This document shows positions 28,540 through 39,215 of a stretch of 64,000 bases of DNA, one piece after another (position 1 is the first letter of the stretch; each line of letters starts with the position of its first letter). Where the stretch lies: assembly GCF_034439495.1 (NCBI RefSeq), contig NZ_JAWXAM010000045.1; one strand, written 5' to 3'. Source of the stretch: Terricaulis sp. (GTDB taxonomy: Bacteria > Pseudomonadota > Alphaproteobacteria > Caulobacterales > Aquidulcibacteraceae). The notes under the pieces are model-generated. The model ran no database searches and had not been told where the DNA came from. It worked only from the letters and a program-made list of their open reading frames with translations. The position numbers and the translations under genes are program-made.

Positions 28540-29544
28540 TTGAGCCAGCCTTACGAGTCGGTGACGGTTATCGGGGCGGGCGCTTGGGGCACTGCGCTGG
28601 CCCAGGTCGCGGCGGCCGCGAAGCGCGGGGTGACGCTCTACGCGAGGGAGCCTGAAGTCGTGGAGGCGGTGAACCTGCGCCGAGAGAATGAACCCTTCCT
28701 CCCCGGCATCCGCCTCAATCCGGTAATCCGCGCCACTGGCGATCTTGAGGAAGCTGCTGCCGCCGACCTGATCCTCGCGGTGCCGCCCGCCCAGCATATG
28801 CGGGCGACGCTGAGAGCGCTGAAGCCATTGCTGGCGCCTGAGACGCCGGTGGTCCTCTGCGCCAAGGGGGTTGAGCGCGGCACGTTGGCGCTGATGACGG
28901 ACGTGCTGCAGCAGGAAATGCCGGAACGGACCCCTGCGGTGCTCTCTGGACCGGGCTTCGCCAAGGATGTCGCGCGCGGGCTCCCCACTGCCACCACCAT
29001 CGCCAGCCCCGATCAGGCGTTGGCGCAGCGCATCGTCGCCACCATCGGCCTGCCGACCTTCCGCCCTTACGTAGCGGACGACCTCATCGGCGCGGAGATT
29101 GGCGGCGCAGTCAAGAACGTTATCGCTATTGCTTGCGGAGTAGCGGAGGGGCGCCAACTCGGCGACGGGGCGCGGGCTGCTTTGATCACGCGCGGCTTCG
29201 CAGAACTGACGCGCCTGGGACTCGCCATGGGCGCGAAAGCGGAAACGCTATCGGGCCTGTGTGGGCTGGGCGATCTGGTGCTGACATGCGCCTCGCTCAC
29301 CTCGCGCAATACCTCGCTTGGCGCAGCGCTCGGCGAAGGGCGCAAGCTTGCCGACATTTTGGCTGAGCGCCGATCCGTCGCCGAAGGCATGGAGAGTGCG
29401 CCGGCGGTGGTTGCCTTGGCGCAGAAGTTTAACGTGGATATGCCGATCTCGGCTGCCGTGGACGCGATCGTCTCGGAGCGGATCAGCATTGACGACGCCA
29501 TCACTGCGCTGCTCTCGCGCCCCTTCAAGGCGGAGGGCGTGTGA
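28540..29544 (+). CDS. gpsA: NAD(P)H-dependent glycerol-3-phosphate dehydrogenase
   Basis: [40 protein letters not shown]. Confidence 0.97.
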   Translation: MSQPYESVTVIGAGAWGTALAQVAAAAKRGVTLYAREPEVVEAVNLRRENEPFLPGIRLNPVIRATGDLEEAAAADLILAVPPAQHMRATLRALKPLLAPETPVVLCAKGVERGTLALMTDVLQQEMPERTPAVLSGPGFAKDVARGLPTATTIASPDQALAQRIVATIGLPTFRPYVADDLIGAEIGGAVKNVIAIACGVAEGRQLGDGARAALITRGFAELTRLGLAMGAKAETLSGLCGLGDLVLTCASLTSRNTSLGAALGEGRKLADILAERRSVAEGMESAPAVVALAQKFNVDMPISAAVDAIVSERISIDDAITALLSRPFKAEGV

Positions 29545-29867
29545 CGCCTATCGCGCGCATCGCAGCAGTGCCGGATCGCGGCGCGATCGTTGTTGAGCTT
29601 GACCGCAACGGCGCGCGGCTATCGCTGATCCTCACCCGCGCGGGCGACAAAATCGCCGCCTTTCGAAACAAATGCCCGCACGCCGGCTATCCGCTCCAGC
29701 GCGCGGACGGCCGTGTTCTGGTGCAAGATGGGCGATACATGGTGTGCGGTGCGCATGGCGCTAGCTTCGCACTAACTGACGGCGCATGTGCCGGCGGACC
29801 TTGCAACGGCGACGGCCTTGAGCGCATCGCCATCGACGTCCGCGACGGCGATATCCTGCTCGTTTAA
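29541..29867 (+). CDS. Rieske [2Fe-2S] ferredoxin
   Basis: CPH...CGAHGASF ligand motifs; GTGA-coupled to gpsA. Confidence 0.9.
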   Translation: MTPIARIAAVPDRGAIVVELDRNGARLSLILTRAGDKIAAFRNKCPHAGYPLQRADGRVLVQDGRYMVCGAHGASFALTDGACAGGPCNGDGLERIAIDVRDGDILLV

Positions 29868-30661
29868 TTTTGGCGCCGTGGTGGTGCGCGCTCTCCAGCG
29901 GGCAACGAAAAGCTTTCTAGGCTCGCACCGGCAGGATTTTCCGGATCGCCGATGGGCGTCAGCCGAAATGCGTGACCGGGAAATGCGCCGTGCCGCATCA
30001 GCGCGTTCCAGTTTGCCCTCAGTGGTACGCGCCGCCCGACAACGCCATCTTGCGAGACAGTTAGGAAGAGATCGACGCCGCGCCGGTCTATGTTGCGAAT
30101 TGTAAGTTGCTGCTGCAGCGGCGGACCAAAATCCACAGCCTGCTCCTCGATAAATGGAATCGGCCCCGGCATGCCGCTCGCGTCGTACGGCACGAGAAGG
30201 CGCGGGGCGGCGGTGGTGTAAAGATCCATGTAACGCGCTTGCCCGTCTTCCCAGAAGATGCAGACGACCTCCGCATCCGTCGTCGTCGTGCACCACTCGA
30301 TCGGGTCGAGGCCTGCGTTCATGTTTACGGCGTTGGGATTGTACGTGCTGGAAACAAATAGTGTCAGCTGCTCAGCGCGCGCAGGCGAGCCGGCAGCGAT
30401 AACTTTGCGCCCGCCATAGGCGCTGCGATATTCCACCTCTTCTGCGATGATTGCGGTGCGCGCGTGCGTGACGTCCAGCTGCGCCAGCACCGAGCCTTCG
30501 GCATGTTCGCCGTCATGAAAAGTCGCGGTTGCGCCGGGGGCCGGCATCAAGCCTGCGATCGGGCCACTCCACTCCAATGGCGGCGGCGTACGCGGCGGAC
30601 GATAAGATGTGGCGCAGCCCGCGAGTGCGAGCGCAGCGAAAACCGTAACAGCTTGGCGCAT
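29864..30661 (-). CDS. Hypothetical lipoprotein
   Basis: Lipobox LAGC after MRQAVTVFAALA. Confidence 0.6.
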   Translation of the reverse strand: MRQAVTVFAALALAGCATSYRPPRTPPPLEWSGPIAGLMPAPGATATFHDGEHAEGSVLAQLDVTHARTAIIAEEVEYRSAYGGRKVIAAGSPARAEQLTLFVSSTYNPNAVNMNAGLDPIEWCTTTTDAEVVCIFWEDGQARYMDLYTTAAPRLLVPYDASGMPGPIPFIEEQAVDFGPPLQQQLTIRNIDRRGVDLFLTVSQDGVVGRRVPLRANWNALMRHGAFPGHAFRLTPIGDPENPAGASLESFSLPAGERAPPRRQN

Positions 30662-30704
30662 GGCGTATCCCCCGCGCCGGTTTATACCGGCGCGGGGACG
30701 CGAT

Positions 30705-31685
30705 CTAGGCTTTGTCGTCTTCGTCGTCGTCGAAGTCGTCATCGCCGCGGCGGCGCATCAGCAGGAAACCCGCGATCGCAAGGGCTACAACGCCGAGAGC
30801 GATCCATGGAAACCAGCCGGCGAGGCCGCCAAAATTCATCTGCGACTCGCCCTCTACCGCTGCCGGCTCCGCCAATGCGTTGGTCTCGACTGGCGCGACA
30901 CCCGTCACGAGAGCGGGCACCGAATATGCGGAAACCGTATCGCTGGCCGCATCGAAATCGCGGTGGCGTCGGCCTTGCGGGAACGTGAGCATGCCGCGCA
31001 GCGTCGCTGCTGCGGCGTCGATTTGCGGCACTTGATCGGCGGCGCCAATGGTCGTGAGTCCGGCGACGCCATTACGGCCGAGCACTTTTTGCTCGTGACG
31101 GAGATCTTTCACACGCGCGGCCGGGGCCGCTGCGCGCTCGGCCCAGACCACGTATGGCGCTGCAGCGTCGAACCGCGGCGCTGCGAAGAAGCCTTCGAAC
31201 GTGCGGTTTTGCTGCGTGCGCGCTTCACGTACTTCGGTTTCAAAGTTTGCGTCGCTGAGGCCAGACGCTGTCGCTGGCTGCACGTAACCAATCTCATCGT
31301 AGCTGACGATGCTCGCCCACGTGCCCGGCGCGCGCACATCGGCGCCGGCGCGCGCCACCATGCCGAGCGTTTCGCCGCTCGGCGCGGTCACGTTGTTGCG
31401 CTGCATGTAAGCGCGGGCTTCTTCTGCAGAGTAAAAGCGATAATCGGCCGGCACATTGAGCGAGAGATTGTCGTTCAGTGGAATTACGCCGTTGCGCCCT
31501 TGCGGGGCAGGCGTTGCAGCGGGAGCGGGTGGCGCGGCCTGCTGAGCGCGCGGCGGCGTCGTTGGCTGCGCGCGAACCGGCGGGGCGGCAACATCCGGCC
31601 CGCCATCACCCGGCCCATCGGCGTGAGCGGCAGGCGCCACGATCAATGCCAGCGCAAACAGCGCACGCGTCAAATTCTTGCGCAT
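30705..31685 (-). CDS. DUF2167 domain membrane-anchored protein
   Basis: Signal peptide; SYDEIGYV, PRFD, VLGRNGVAGL, GRRHRDF, DTVSAYSVPALVTG; C-terminal TM. Confidence 0.8.
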   Translation of the reverse strand: MRKNLTRALFALALIVAPAAHADGPGDGGPDVAAPPVRAQPTTPPRAQQAAPPAPAATPAPQGRNGVIPLNDNLSLNVPADYRFYSAEEARAYMQRNNVTAPSGETLGMVARAGADVRAPGTWASIVSYDEIGYVQPATASGLSDANFETEVREARTQQNRTFEGFFAAPRFDAAAPYVVWAERAAAPAARVKDLRHEQKVLGRNGVAGLTTIGAADQVPQIDAAAATLRGMLTFPQGRRHRDFDAASDTVSAYSVPALVTGVAPVETNALAEPAAVEGESQMNFGGLAGWFPWIALGVVALAIAGFLLMRRRGDDDFDDDEDDKA

Positions 31686-31764
31686 GAGTGATCTCCCTCG
31701 CTCGCCCGTTTTAGGCGTCCCACGAATCGCAGGATTAGCGAAGAAAGCTAGGTTTGTCGCGCTT

Positions 31765-32661
31765 TCAGCGGTTGCAGGCTGTGCGGAGCTCCGCCGCTGC
31801 GGCTTGCATGGCCTCTTCGATGGCGGCGCGCCATTCGCCCATGTTTTTCGCGGTTTGCGCCGCGGCCGGGTACGTTACCGCACGAGAGGAACTCACAACC
31901 CCGCCCTCTAGACCTTGCTTGGTTGCAACAAATCCGGCCACTGCATCGGCGGCGCTCGCCCCCTGCGCGCCGTAGCCAGGCACCAGGAACAGGGCGTTGG
32001 GCATGGCCTCTCGTAGGGTGCGTGCTTCGTCAGGATAGGTTGCTCCGGCGACGGCCATAAGGCCTGACCAGCCGCTCGCGCCCATCAGGTCTTGGGTTTC
32101 CGGCGCCAGCATTTCAGCCACGCGGCGCCACACCGGCGCACCGCCCACCTGCAAGTCCTGGAAATCGCCAGCGCCCGGATTGGACGTGCGCACCAACACG
32201 GCCACGCCCTTGCCGAGTGCTTTCGCCGTGCTGACAAACGGGACCAGCGTATCTTTGCCCATGTACGGGTTCACGGTGACGCAATCAGCATCGAAACCCG
32301 GGCGCGGGCCCAGTGTGGCGCGCGCGTAGCCATCTGCGGTGGTGCCGATGTCGCCGCGCTTTGCATCGAGCAGCACGATCATGCCAGCGGCGCGTCCGTA
32401 TTCCACGAGCATGCGCGCTGCCGCATATCCCATTTCACCGAATTGTTCGAACAACCCGAGCTGCGGTTTCAGAACAGCGGCATGCTTCGCCGCGACGTCG
32501 ATCACGCTTGTGCCGAACTTCACCAACACTGCCGCCGGGTCTGCGCGCAGATCGCCGAACATCGCAGGCACTTTGTCAGCGAACGGATCGAGGCCGATGC
32601 AGAGCGGCGTGGCCTTGACGCGGACGCTTTCAATTAGGCGGTCGGCGTAGGCGGTGCTCAT
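31765..32661 (-). CDS. pyrF: Orotidine-5'-phosphate decarboxylase (type 2)
   Basis: LCIGLDP, KPQ, LDAKRGDIGTTA, TVNPYMG, VRTSNP, LVPGYGAQG. Confidence 0.96.
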   Translation of the reverse strand: MSTAYADRLIESVRVKATPLCIGLDPFADKVPAMFGDLRADPAAVLVKFGTSVIDVAAKHAAVLKPQLGLFEQFGEMGYAAARMLVEYGRAAGMIVLLDAKRGDIGTTADGYARATLGPRPGFDADCVTVNPYMGKDTLVPFVSTAKALGKGVAVLVRTSNPGAGDFQDLQVGGAPVWRRVAEMLAPETQDLMGASGWSGLMAVAGATYPDEARTLREAMPNALFLVPGYGAQGASAADAVAGFVATKQGLEGGVVSSSRAVTYPAAAQTAKNMGEWRAAIEEAMQAAAAELRTACNR

Positions 32662-33500
32662 CAGAACGGTCCGTCACCGGGCGCTACACAAACCACCTGC
32701 GCCACCGCGAGCTGGCGGCGCAGATCGTCGGACTCCTGCCCGTAATTGTCGGCTGTGAGCCGCGGCGCCGGCGCACCGACGGCTTCGACTTGCTCGAGGC
32801 GCAAGAAGCGCATGATGGAGGAAGGTGCGGCTGTGTAGATGCGTCCGCGCCGCGCCGATTCAGCAACTGTCACGCCGATAACTTGGCCGTTTGCGCCGAA
32901 CGCCGGTCCGCCGCTGATTCCCGCAAGCGAGCCGCGTAAGCCAGACGTGCGGCCTTGTTCGGCCCACGCCAGCACCGGCTCTTCAAGATCGTAGCGCCCC
33001 CGCGCCACCAGCGTTTCACGGCCAATCAGGCGGGAATACGCTTCGCCAGGACGCCCCTGCGGGAAGCCAACATGGAAGGCGCGTTGATTGATCTGGAATT
33101 GCCGCTCCGACGTGTCGAGCGCTAGAGCCGACGGCGCTTGATCGGTGCGCAGCAGTGCAAGGTCAGCGAACAGCGCGCGTTTCACTTCGCGGACAGGCAC
33201 CGCCGAACCGCGCGAAACGATGAGGCCGACATCCTGGCACCCGTCGACGACATGGCGCGCAGTCAACCACCAGCCATCGACAGAAATCGCGAAGGCCGTT
33301 CCCATGCCCGATGCAACCGGTCCGACTTCGACCAAGACTTCGGGGTCGTACATTGATGGCGGCGGCAGGTAAGAGCCGGCTTCTGTCGCGCCAGGCAGCG
33401 CTTCCGGCGCATCGGCGCGTTGATCCACCCGGAACAGCACGAACACCACCGCCGCGATGACGATGATGTAGAGCAGCCAGTCGGGGACGATGCGCAGCAA
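32661..33500 (-). CDS. Trypsin-like (S1) serine protease with an N-terminal anchor
   Basis: GTAF, WLTARHVV (His), DLALL (Asp), GISGGP (Ser). Confidence 0.9.
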   Translation of the reverse strand: MLRIVPDWLLYIIVIAAVVFVLFRVDQRADAPEALPGATEAGSYLPPPSMYDPEVLVEVGPVASGMGTAFAISVDGWWLTARHVVDGCQDVGLIVSRGSAVPVREVKRALFADLALLRTDQAPSALALDTSERQFQINQRAFHVGFPQGRPGEAYSRLIGRETLVARGRYDLEEPVLAWAEQGRTSGLRGSLAGISGGPAFGANGQVIGVTVAESARRGRIYTAAPSSIMRFLRLEQVEAVGAPAPRLTADNYGQESDDLRRQLAVAQVVCVAPGDGPF

Positions 33501-33504
33501 GGGG

Positions 33505-33951
33505 TCAGAGGCCTCGGATCATCGAGACATTGGGATCGGCTACGGCGCCGGACAAGATGATGGCAAGGCCGATCTTCACGCTCATCAGAAACACCGCAGC
33601 GGCAACGTCGCCCTCCGCGATACGGCGCGGCAAGCCGCGCAAGAACATGTCAGCGAAACGGAAGGCGATGAGTTGGATCAGCAGCGTCACAACGCCCCAG
33701 ATGATGAGGTCGAACACGCCAAACGAATGTGCGAGGCAATTGCCCAACGGAATGGCAAGTCCAACCACAACGCCCGCAAAAGCGAGCGAGGCGGATGGGT
33801 TGCCGGCGCGGATTAGGGCGAGTTCCTTGTGCGGGGTCATCAGGACGTAGATGATGAGCGAGACAATGAAGAGACCCAGCGCGACACCGAGCTGGATAAT
33901 AAAATCGGGAAAGCCCGCCACGAACGCGTTGATGGGCGCTGTAAAGTCCAT
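33505..33951 (-). CDS. DUF350 membrane protein
   Basis: TPHKELALIRAGNPSASL and GDVAAAV motifs; four TMs. Confidence 0.88.
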   Translation of the reverse strand: MDFTAPINAFVAGFPDFIIQLGVALGLFIVSLIIYVLMTPHKELALIRAGNPSASLAFAGVVVGLAIPLGNCLAHSFGVFDLIIWGVVTLLIQLIAFRFADMFLRGLPRRIAEGDVAAAVFLMSVKIGLAIILSGAVADPNVSMIRGL

Positions 33952-34040
33952 GCCGGGTCCCTCGCTCGCCGCCGACGGCTATATAGCGCCTGCGCTAGCG
34001 GTTCCGGGCTGAGGGCGCAAGACAACGGCGCAACAAGAGC

Positions 34041-34838
34041 ATGAAGGATACGCAGATGAGTGCACGCAAAGCCGCCCTGGTCACGGGCTCAACCAGTGGC
34101 ATCGGCCTTGCCGTCGCCACCGCCTTCGCCAAGGCGGGTATGGACGTGACACTGAACGGCCTGGGTGACGCCGCCGAGATTGAGCGCATTCGTTCGGGCC
34201 TGGAGCGCGAGGCCGGTGTTTCGGTTCGTTACGACGGCGCAAACTTGATGAAAGCAGACGCCTGTGCCGGCATGGTGGAGAACGCCATTGCTGCGCACGG
34301 CCGGCTCGACGTTTTGGTCAATAATGCCGGCATTCAGTTCGTCTCGCCGATCGAAGATTTTCCGGTCGAGAAGTACGACGCCATTATTGCGCTCAACCTC
34401 TCGGCGGTGTTTCACACCATCCGCGCCGCCATGCGCTCAATGAAAGCGCAGCGCTATGGCCGCATCATCAACATCGCTTCAGCGCATGCGCATGTCGCGT
34501 CGCCGTTTAAGTCAGCCTATGTAGCGGCGAAGCACGGGGTGCTCGGCATCACCAAAACGGTGGCGCTTGAGGGCGCGACGTTCAATGTCCGGTGCAACGC
34601 AATTTCGCCCGGCTATGTGCTGACCTCGTTGGTGGAGAACCAGATCCCCGACACGATGAAGGCGCGCGGACTGACACGCGAGCAGGTGATCAACGACGTG
34701 CTGCTCGCCGCGCAACCGACGAAGGAGTTCGTGAAGGTCGAAGACGTCGCCGGCGCAGCGCTCTTTCTGATCTCCCCCGCAGCGGACCAGATCAACGGGG
34801 CCGCGCTCAACATGGACGGCGGCTGGACAGCACAGTGA
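34041..34838 (+). CDS. bdhA: 3-hydroxybutyrate dehydrogenase (SDR)
   Basis: TGSTSGIG, NNAGIQFV, ASPFKSAYVAAKHG, PGYVLTSLVENQI. Confidence 0.93.
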   Translation: MKDTQMSARKAALVTGSTSGIGLAVATAFAKAGMDVTLNGLGDAAEIERIRSGLEREAGVSVRYDGANLMKADACAGMVENAIAAHGRLDVLVNNAGIQFVSPIEDFPVEKYDAIIALNLSAVFHTIRAAMRSMKAQRYGRIINIASAHAHVASPFKSAYVAAKHGVLGITKTVALEGATFNVRCNAISPGYVLTSLVENQIPDTMKARGLTREQVINDVLLAAQPTKEFVKVEDVAGAALFLISPAADQINGAALNMDGGWTAQ

Positions 34839-35884
34839 AGAAAAAGCCGATCTCATTGGCGCTGCAGGGCGGCGGCGCACTCGGCGCCTACACGTGGGGC
34901 GCGCTGGATCGCTTGCTAGAGGATGAGCGCCTCGAGATCAAAGCGGTCTCTGGTTCGTCCGCAGGCGCGATGTGCGCGGTGGTGCTGGCGGACGGGTTGC
35001 ACGACGGACCGGAAGCGGCGCGCGCGAAGCTGCGTCAATTCTGGGAAGGCGTTGCGCAGGCGGGGCGCTCAAACCCGTATCGCCGCACGCCGCTCATGGC
35101 GTTCCTCAGCGCGTTTCAGCCGGCGTGGCTGCAGCAAAACTATGCTGCGCTTTGGGCGGGGATGACCAGCCAGGTGGCTTCTCCCTACGATCTCAACCCG
35201 CTGAATCTGAATCCGTTGCGCGAGATGCTGGAAGAACTGGTTGATTTCGAGCGTGTGCGTGCGTGCAGTCAGTTGCAGCTCTTTATCGGCGCGACCAATG
35301 TCGAGACCGGGCGCATCCGCATTTTCCGCACCGATGAACTTACCGCTGACCACGTCATGGCGTCGGCCTGCCTGCCACAGCTCTTTCATGCGGTGGAGAT
35401 CGATGGCGTGCCGTACTGGGATGGCGGCTTCACCGGAAACCCGGCGTTGTTTCCGCTGTTCGATGTCCAAGAGACCTCCGACATCGTGATCGTGCAAATC
35501 CATCCCATCGAACGCGTAGGTACGCCTCGGACCGCGGCCGACATTAGCGCGCGCGAAACGGAGATTACTTTCAACGCGAGCTTGCTCGGTGAACTCCGTG
35601 CAATCGATTTCGTGGCGCGGCTTATGGACCAGCAAAAGCTGCCAGAAGGCCGCTATCGCAAAATGCTCATCCACAATTTGAGCGAAGGCACAGCGCTTAC
35701 TCCGCTCGGCTCGGGCATCGACCTCAATACCGATCTCAACTTCTTCAACCAACTCTTTGAGATTGGGTGGAGTGCTGCGGACGCTTGGCTGGGAAGCCAC
35801 TTCGACGCGATAGGAAAGCGCTCAACGGTGGACCTTGCGGCCATGTTTCGGCGCGCTCCTGAGGGTGGCGAGCCGCTGCGCTAA
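34835..35884 (+). CDS. Patatin-like phospholipase/esterase
   Basis: GGGALG, GSSAG, ASACLP and DGG motifs; GTGA overlap with the bdhA stop. Confidence 0.92.
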   Translation: MKKKPISLALQGGGALGAYTWGALDRLLEDERLEIKAVSGSSAGAMCAVVLADGLHDGPEAARAKLRQFWEGVAQAGRSNPYRRTPLMAFLSAFQPAWLQQNYAALWAGMTSQVASPYDLNPLNLNPLREMLEELVDFERVRACSQLQLFIGATNVETGRIRIFRTDELTADHVMASACLPQLFHAVEIDGVPYWDGGFTGNPALFPLFDVQETSDIVIVQIHPIERVGTPRTAADISARETEITFNASLLGELRAIDFVARLMDQQKLPEGRYRKMLIHNLSEGTALTPLGSGIDLNTDLNFFNQLFEIGWSAADAWLGSHFDAIGKRSTVDLAAMFRRAPEGGEPLR

Positions 35885-35919
35885 CCATTCCTTAGCCACA
35901 TCGCTGCAGCGTCTACCGT

Positions 35920-36369
35920 ATGCGTTTTCGCGCGCCTATTCTTGCCGCTCTGATGCTCGCGACCCTGGCCGGGCCGGCGATGGCTTCTGGCGCCGGCAGC
36001 GGCGCTAGCGCTCAACAGCCTGCGACCCGGCAAGATCGTCTCACCTCGGCCGAAAGCTATGTGCCGGTGCCGACGCTGTCGGCTGGAGTGCTGCAGCGGA
36101 TGTCCACGCAGGGCACCTTGGTTGTAGATATGGGCCTCGATATTCCGGATGAAGAGTTGCGCTTGCGGGCGCGCCTCAACGGGCCCCGCCTACGTGACAC
36201 GTTGCGCAGCGCCCTCGCGACATACGCTTCAACCTACTATCGCGACCGTACAGCGCCTGATCCGGACGAACTTACGCGCCTTATGCAACAAGCGGTGGAT
36301 CGCACCTTGGGCGCGGGCGGCGCGCGGGTGCTCATGGTCAACATCATCTACCAGCGCCGCCAGGGCTGA
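35920..36369 (+). CDS. Exported FliL-like hypothetical protein
   Basis: Signal peptide; LVVDMGLDIPD...GPRLRDTL...VLMVN pattern similar to FliL-like proteins. Confidence 0.55.
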   Translation: MRFRAPILAALMLATLAGPAMASGAGSGASAQQPATRQDRLTSAESYVPVPTLSAGVLQRMSTQGTLVVDMGLDIPDEELRLRARLNGPRLRDTLRSALATYASTYYRDRTAPDPDELTRLMQQAVDRTLGAGGARVLMVNIIYQRRQG

Positions 36370-36903
36370 TCAGCCGCCGCGGCAGGCGATCGGCAAGACG
36401 ATGGCGGTGATGCTGCCCGCGACTGGCGCACGGTAGATTTGTGTCGGTTCATCGCGCGCGACCACAGTTTCGCCGGCGCCCATGATCTGGCGCTCCACCA
36501 CGAAGAACTTCTGTTCGGCGCAATCGAAGCGATAGTGCAGGCGCTGGGTTCTATAGCGAACAGTGGTTTCCGTGGTCGCGTCTTCAATTTGATAGACTTG
36601 CTGCTGGCCGTGGCGCACCTGCACCCAGATATCAGCGGTCGAGCCGTCGGCGGCGCGCGTGATGGTGCGCTGGTTGAAGTGCACTTCGCCAAGGCACTCG
36701 CGATCCTCGGTCGGCGTTTCGCCGCGGCAATCGCGCTGCCGCGCCACGAGGAGCCAATCGGGCAAAGTGCTGGTGCTGCCAAGCATGACGGATTCGTTGT
36801 CGGAAGATTCCGCCCCGCTTCCCGCCTGATCGGCCGGCGCAGTGGCAGGCTGGCCGCAGGCGGCAAGGGTGAAGATGCAAAAGAGGGCGGCAAGCTTGCG
36901 CAT
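36370..36903 (-). CDS. Lipoprotein (surface-adhesin E-like)
   Basis: Lipobox LAAC; IWVQ...RFDCAEQK pattern. Confidence 0.6.
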   Translation of the reverse strand: MRKLAALFCIFTLAACGQPATAPADQAGSGAESSDNESVMLGSTSTLPDWLLVARQRDCRGETPTEDRECLGEVHFNQRTITRAADGSTADIWVQVRHGQQQVYQIEDATTETTVRYRTQRLHYRFDCAEQKFFVVERQIMGAGETVVARDEPTQIYRAPVAGSITAIVLPIACRGG

Positions 36904-36951
36904 CAGAGATTTCATCCTTGTCATCTTGGGGCGGGTTGGCCGTCCGGCAAA

Positions 36952-37731
36952 TCACATAGCTGAGATGCCGCCATCGATTTTCAGTTCTGAGCCGGTGATG
37001 AAGCGGCTTTCGTCCGAAATAAGGTAGACCGCCGCGTTTGCCACGTCGGCTGGTTGTCCGATCCGCCCCAGCGGCACCTGACGGGCGAGTTTGGCCTCGG
37101 CCTCCTCTTTGCCGAACATGTTGCGAATGGGGTCGAGGATCGGCGTGTTGATGAAGGTGGGGTGGAGCGAGTTCGAACGAACATCGAGACCCTTCTTGGC
37201 GCAATAGAGCGCTATGTTCTTAGAGAGCAGCCAGACGGCGGCCTTGCTGGCGTTATAGCCAGGTGAGGTGTGGTTAGCGATCAAGCCAGCGATTGAACTG
37301 ACATTTACGATAGAGCCCGGCTGGTTCTTGGCCAGGTATTTGATGCCGTGCTTGGCGCCCAGGAACACTGAATCAACATTGACGCTCATCAGTTTCCGGA
37401 AGCCCTCGAGCGAAAGCTCCTCGATGCCGCCTTCGCGCGAAGAGATTCCCGCATTGTTGATGATGCCGGAGATGCCGCCCATGACCGAGTTGGCGCTTTC
37501 GAGCGCAGCGATCCACTGCTCTTCATTGGTGACATCCAGCGCATAGGCGAAGGCCGTCCCGTCGCCATGCTTGGCATTGAGTTCGGCGGCGGCCTTTTCA
37601 GCGCCGGCTTGATTGAGATCGGCGAGTGCGACCTTGGCGCCTTCGGCGGCTAAGGCGCTGGCCATGGCCGCGCCAAGTCCTTGCGCCGCGCCCGTGATGA
37701 ATACCTTCTTGCCAGCAACGCGACCCGACAT
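36952..37731 (-). CDS. SDR family oxidoreductase
   Basis: TGAAQGLG, NNAG, SSIAG, YNASK catalytic motif, IDGG. Confidence 0.93.
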   Translation of the reverse strand: MSGRVAGKKVFITGAAQGLGAAMASALAAEGAKVALADLNQAGAEKAAAELNAKHGDGTAFAYALDVTNEEQWIAALESANSVMGGISGIINNAGISSREGGIEELSLEGFRKLMSVNVDSVFLGAKHGIKYLAKNQPGSIVNVSSIAGLIANHTSPGYNASKAAVWLLSKNIALYCAKKGLDVRSNSLHPTFINTPILDPIRNMFGKEEAEAKLARQVPLGRIGQPADVANAAVYLISDESRFITGSELKIDGGISAM

Positions 37732-37835
37732 TTCCGCCTCCTCTTATGCCGCGCGACTCTGTGGCGCGGCGCGGCAATCCGCAAGCTTGCCCAAGCGGTA
37801 GCATCGGCATAAGTGCGATGCAGCGAGGTAATTCC

Positions 37836-39215
37836 ATGGAATGGGACGCGCTGCTGCTGTCGCGTTTGCAGTTCGCATTCACGATCGGCTTTCACATCAT
37901 CTTCCCGGCCTTCACGATCGGGTTGGCGTCGTTTCTGGCCGTGCTTGAGGGCCTCTGGCTCTTCACCAAGAAGCCGCTTTACAAGAACCTCTACCTCTTC
38001 TGGGTCAAAATCTTCGCGTTGTCGTTCGGCATGGGCGTCGTTTCCGGCGTCGTCATGTCGTACCAGTTCGGCACCAATTGGAGTGTTTTCTCAGCGCAAG
38101 TCGGCAGCGTGATTGGTCCGCTGCTGGCTTACGAAGTGCTGACCGCGTTTTTCCTTGAGGCCTCATTCCTCGGCATCATGCTGTTTGGCTGGAAGCGCGT
38201 CGGGCCGAAGCTGCACTTCTTCTCGACCGTAATGGTCGCGGTCGGCACCCTGATGAGCGCGTTCTGGATTCTCGCCGCTAATTCTTGGATGCAAACGCCG
38301 CAAGGATTCGCCTTCGCCGAAGACGGCACGATGATCGCCACCAGCTTCGTCGAGGTGATCTTCAATCCATCGACCCCGTCTCGCTTCGCTCACATGGTTC
38401 TGGCGGCGTATTTGACGACGGCGATGGCCGTTGCAGGCGCGAGCGCCTTTGCGTTGCTCAAGAATAGGGCGCTGCCAGAGAGCCGCACCGCTCTACGCAT
38501 GGCGATTCTGATGATGGCGATTGTCGCGCCGCTGCAGGTGGTCGTCGGCCATGAGAGCGGAGTGGTCGCGCACGAATACCAGCCGGCCAAAGTCGCTGCG
38601 ATGGAGGGCTGGTGGACCACGCAAAGCAATCAACCGACGCACCTGTTCGCTTGGCCCGATGAAGAGGCCGAGCGCAATCATTTCGAGCTGAGCGTGCCCG
38701 GCATGGGCTCATGGTTCGTCGCGGGCGACGTCAATGCAGAGCTGCAGGGGCTCGACGCGTTCGCGTCAGAAGATCGCCCGCCGGTGTGGATCGTGTTCTG
38801 GGCTTTTCGAGTCATGGTCGCGATGGGGCTCATCATGGTGGCGCTCGGCGTTTGGGGCGCGGCATGGTGGGCGCTGAAGCGGCTCGATGGCGCCCGTTGG
38901 TACCATCGCTTTTTGGTGTTGGCGGCACCCAGCGGCTTCATCGCCGTGTTGGCGGGGTGGATATCAGCCGAAGTCGGCCGTCAGCCTTACGTCGTTTATG
39001 GCGTGTTGCGCACTGCCGACGCTGTTTCGCCGGTGAGCGCGACATCCGTTGCGCTGTCGCTGCTCTTCTTCATCGTCGTGTACGCGATCGTGTTCAGTGC
39101 GGGGGCGCTCTACATTCTGCGCCTGATCGCCAAAGGGCCTGAGAGCAATGAGCCGGCGCCGGAGACGGATCAACCGCCGGGCACGCCGCTTGGCATGGTC
39201 GAGGAGGCGACCTGA
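37836..39215 (+). CDS. cydA: Cytochrome bd (CIO-type) ubiquinol oxidase subunit I
   Basis: SRLQFAFTIGFHIIFP, YQFGTNW, QPAKVAAMEG, EVGRQPY; short Q-loop. Confidence 0.96.
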   Translation: MEWDALLLSRLQFAFTIGFHIIFPAFTIGLASFLAVLEGLWLFTKKPLYKNLYLFWVKIFALSFGMGVVSGVVMSYQFGTNWSVFSAQVGSVIGPLLAYEVLTAFFLEASFLGIMLFGWKRVGPKLHFFSTVMVAVGTLMSAFWILAANSWMQTPQGFAFAEDGTMIATSFVEVIFNPSTPSRFAHMVLAAYLTTAMAVAGASAFALLKNRALPESRTALRMAILMMAIVAPLQVVVGHESGVVAHEYQPAKVAAMEGWWTTQSNQPTHLFAWPDEEAERNHFELSVPGMGSWFVAGDVNAELQGLDAFASEDRPPVWIVFWAFRVMVAMGLIMVALGVWGAAWWALKRLDGARWYHRFLVLAAPSGFIAVLAGWISAEVGRQPYVVYGVLRTADAVSPVSATSVALSLLFFIVVYAIVFSAGALYILRLIAKGPESNEPAPETDQPPGTPLGMVEEAT

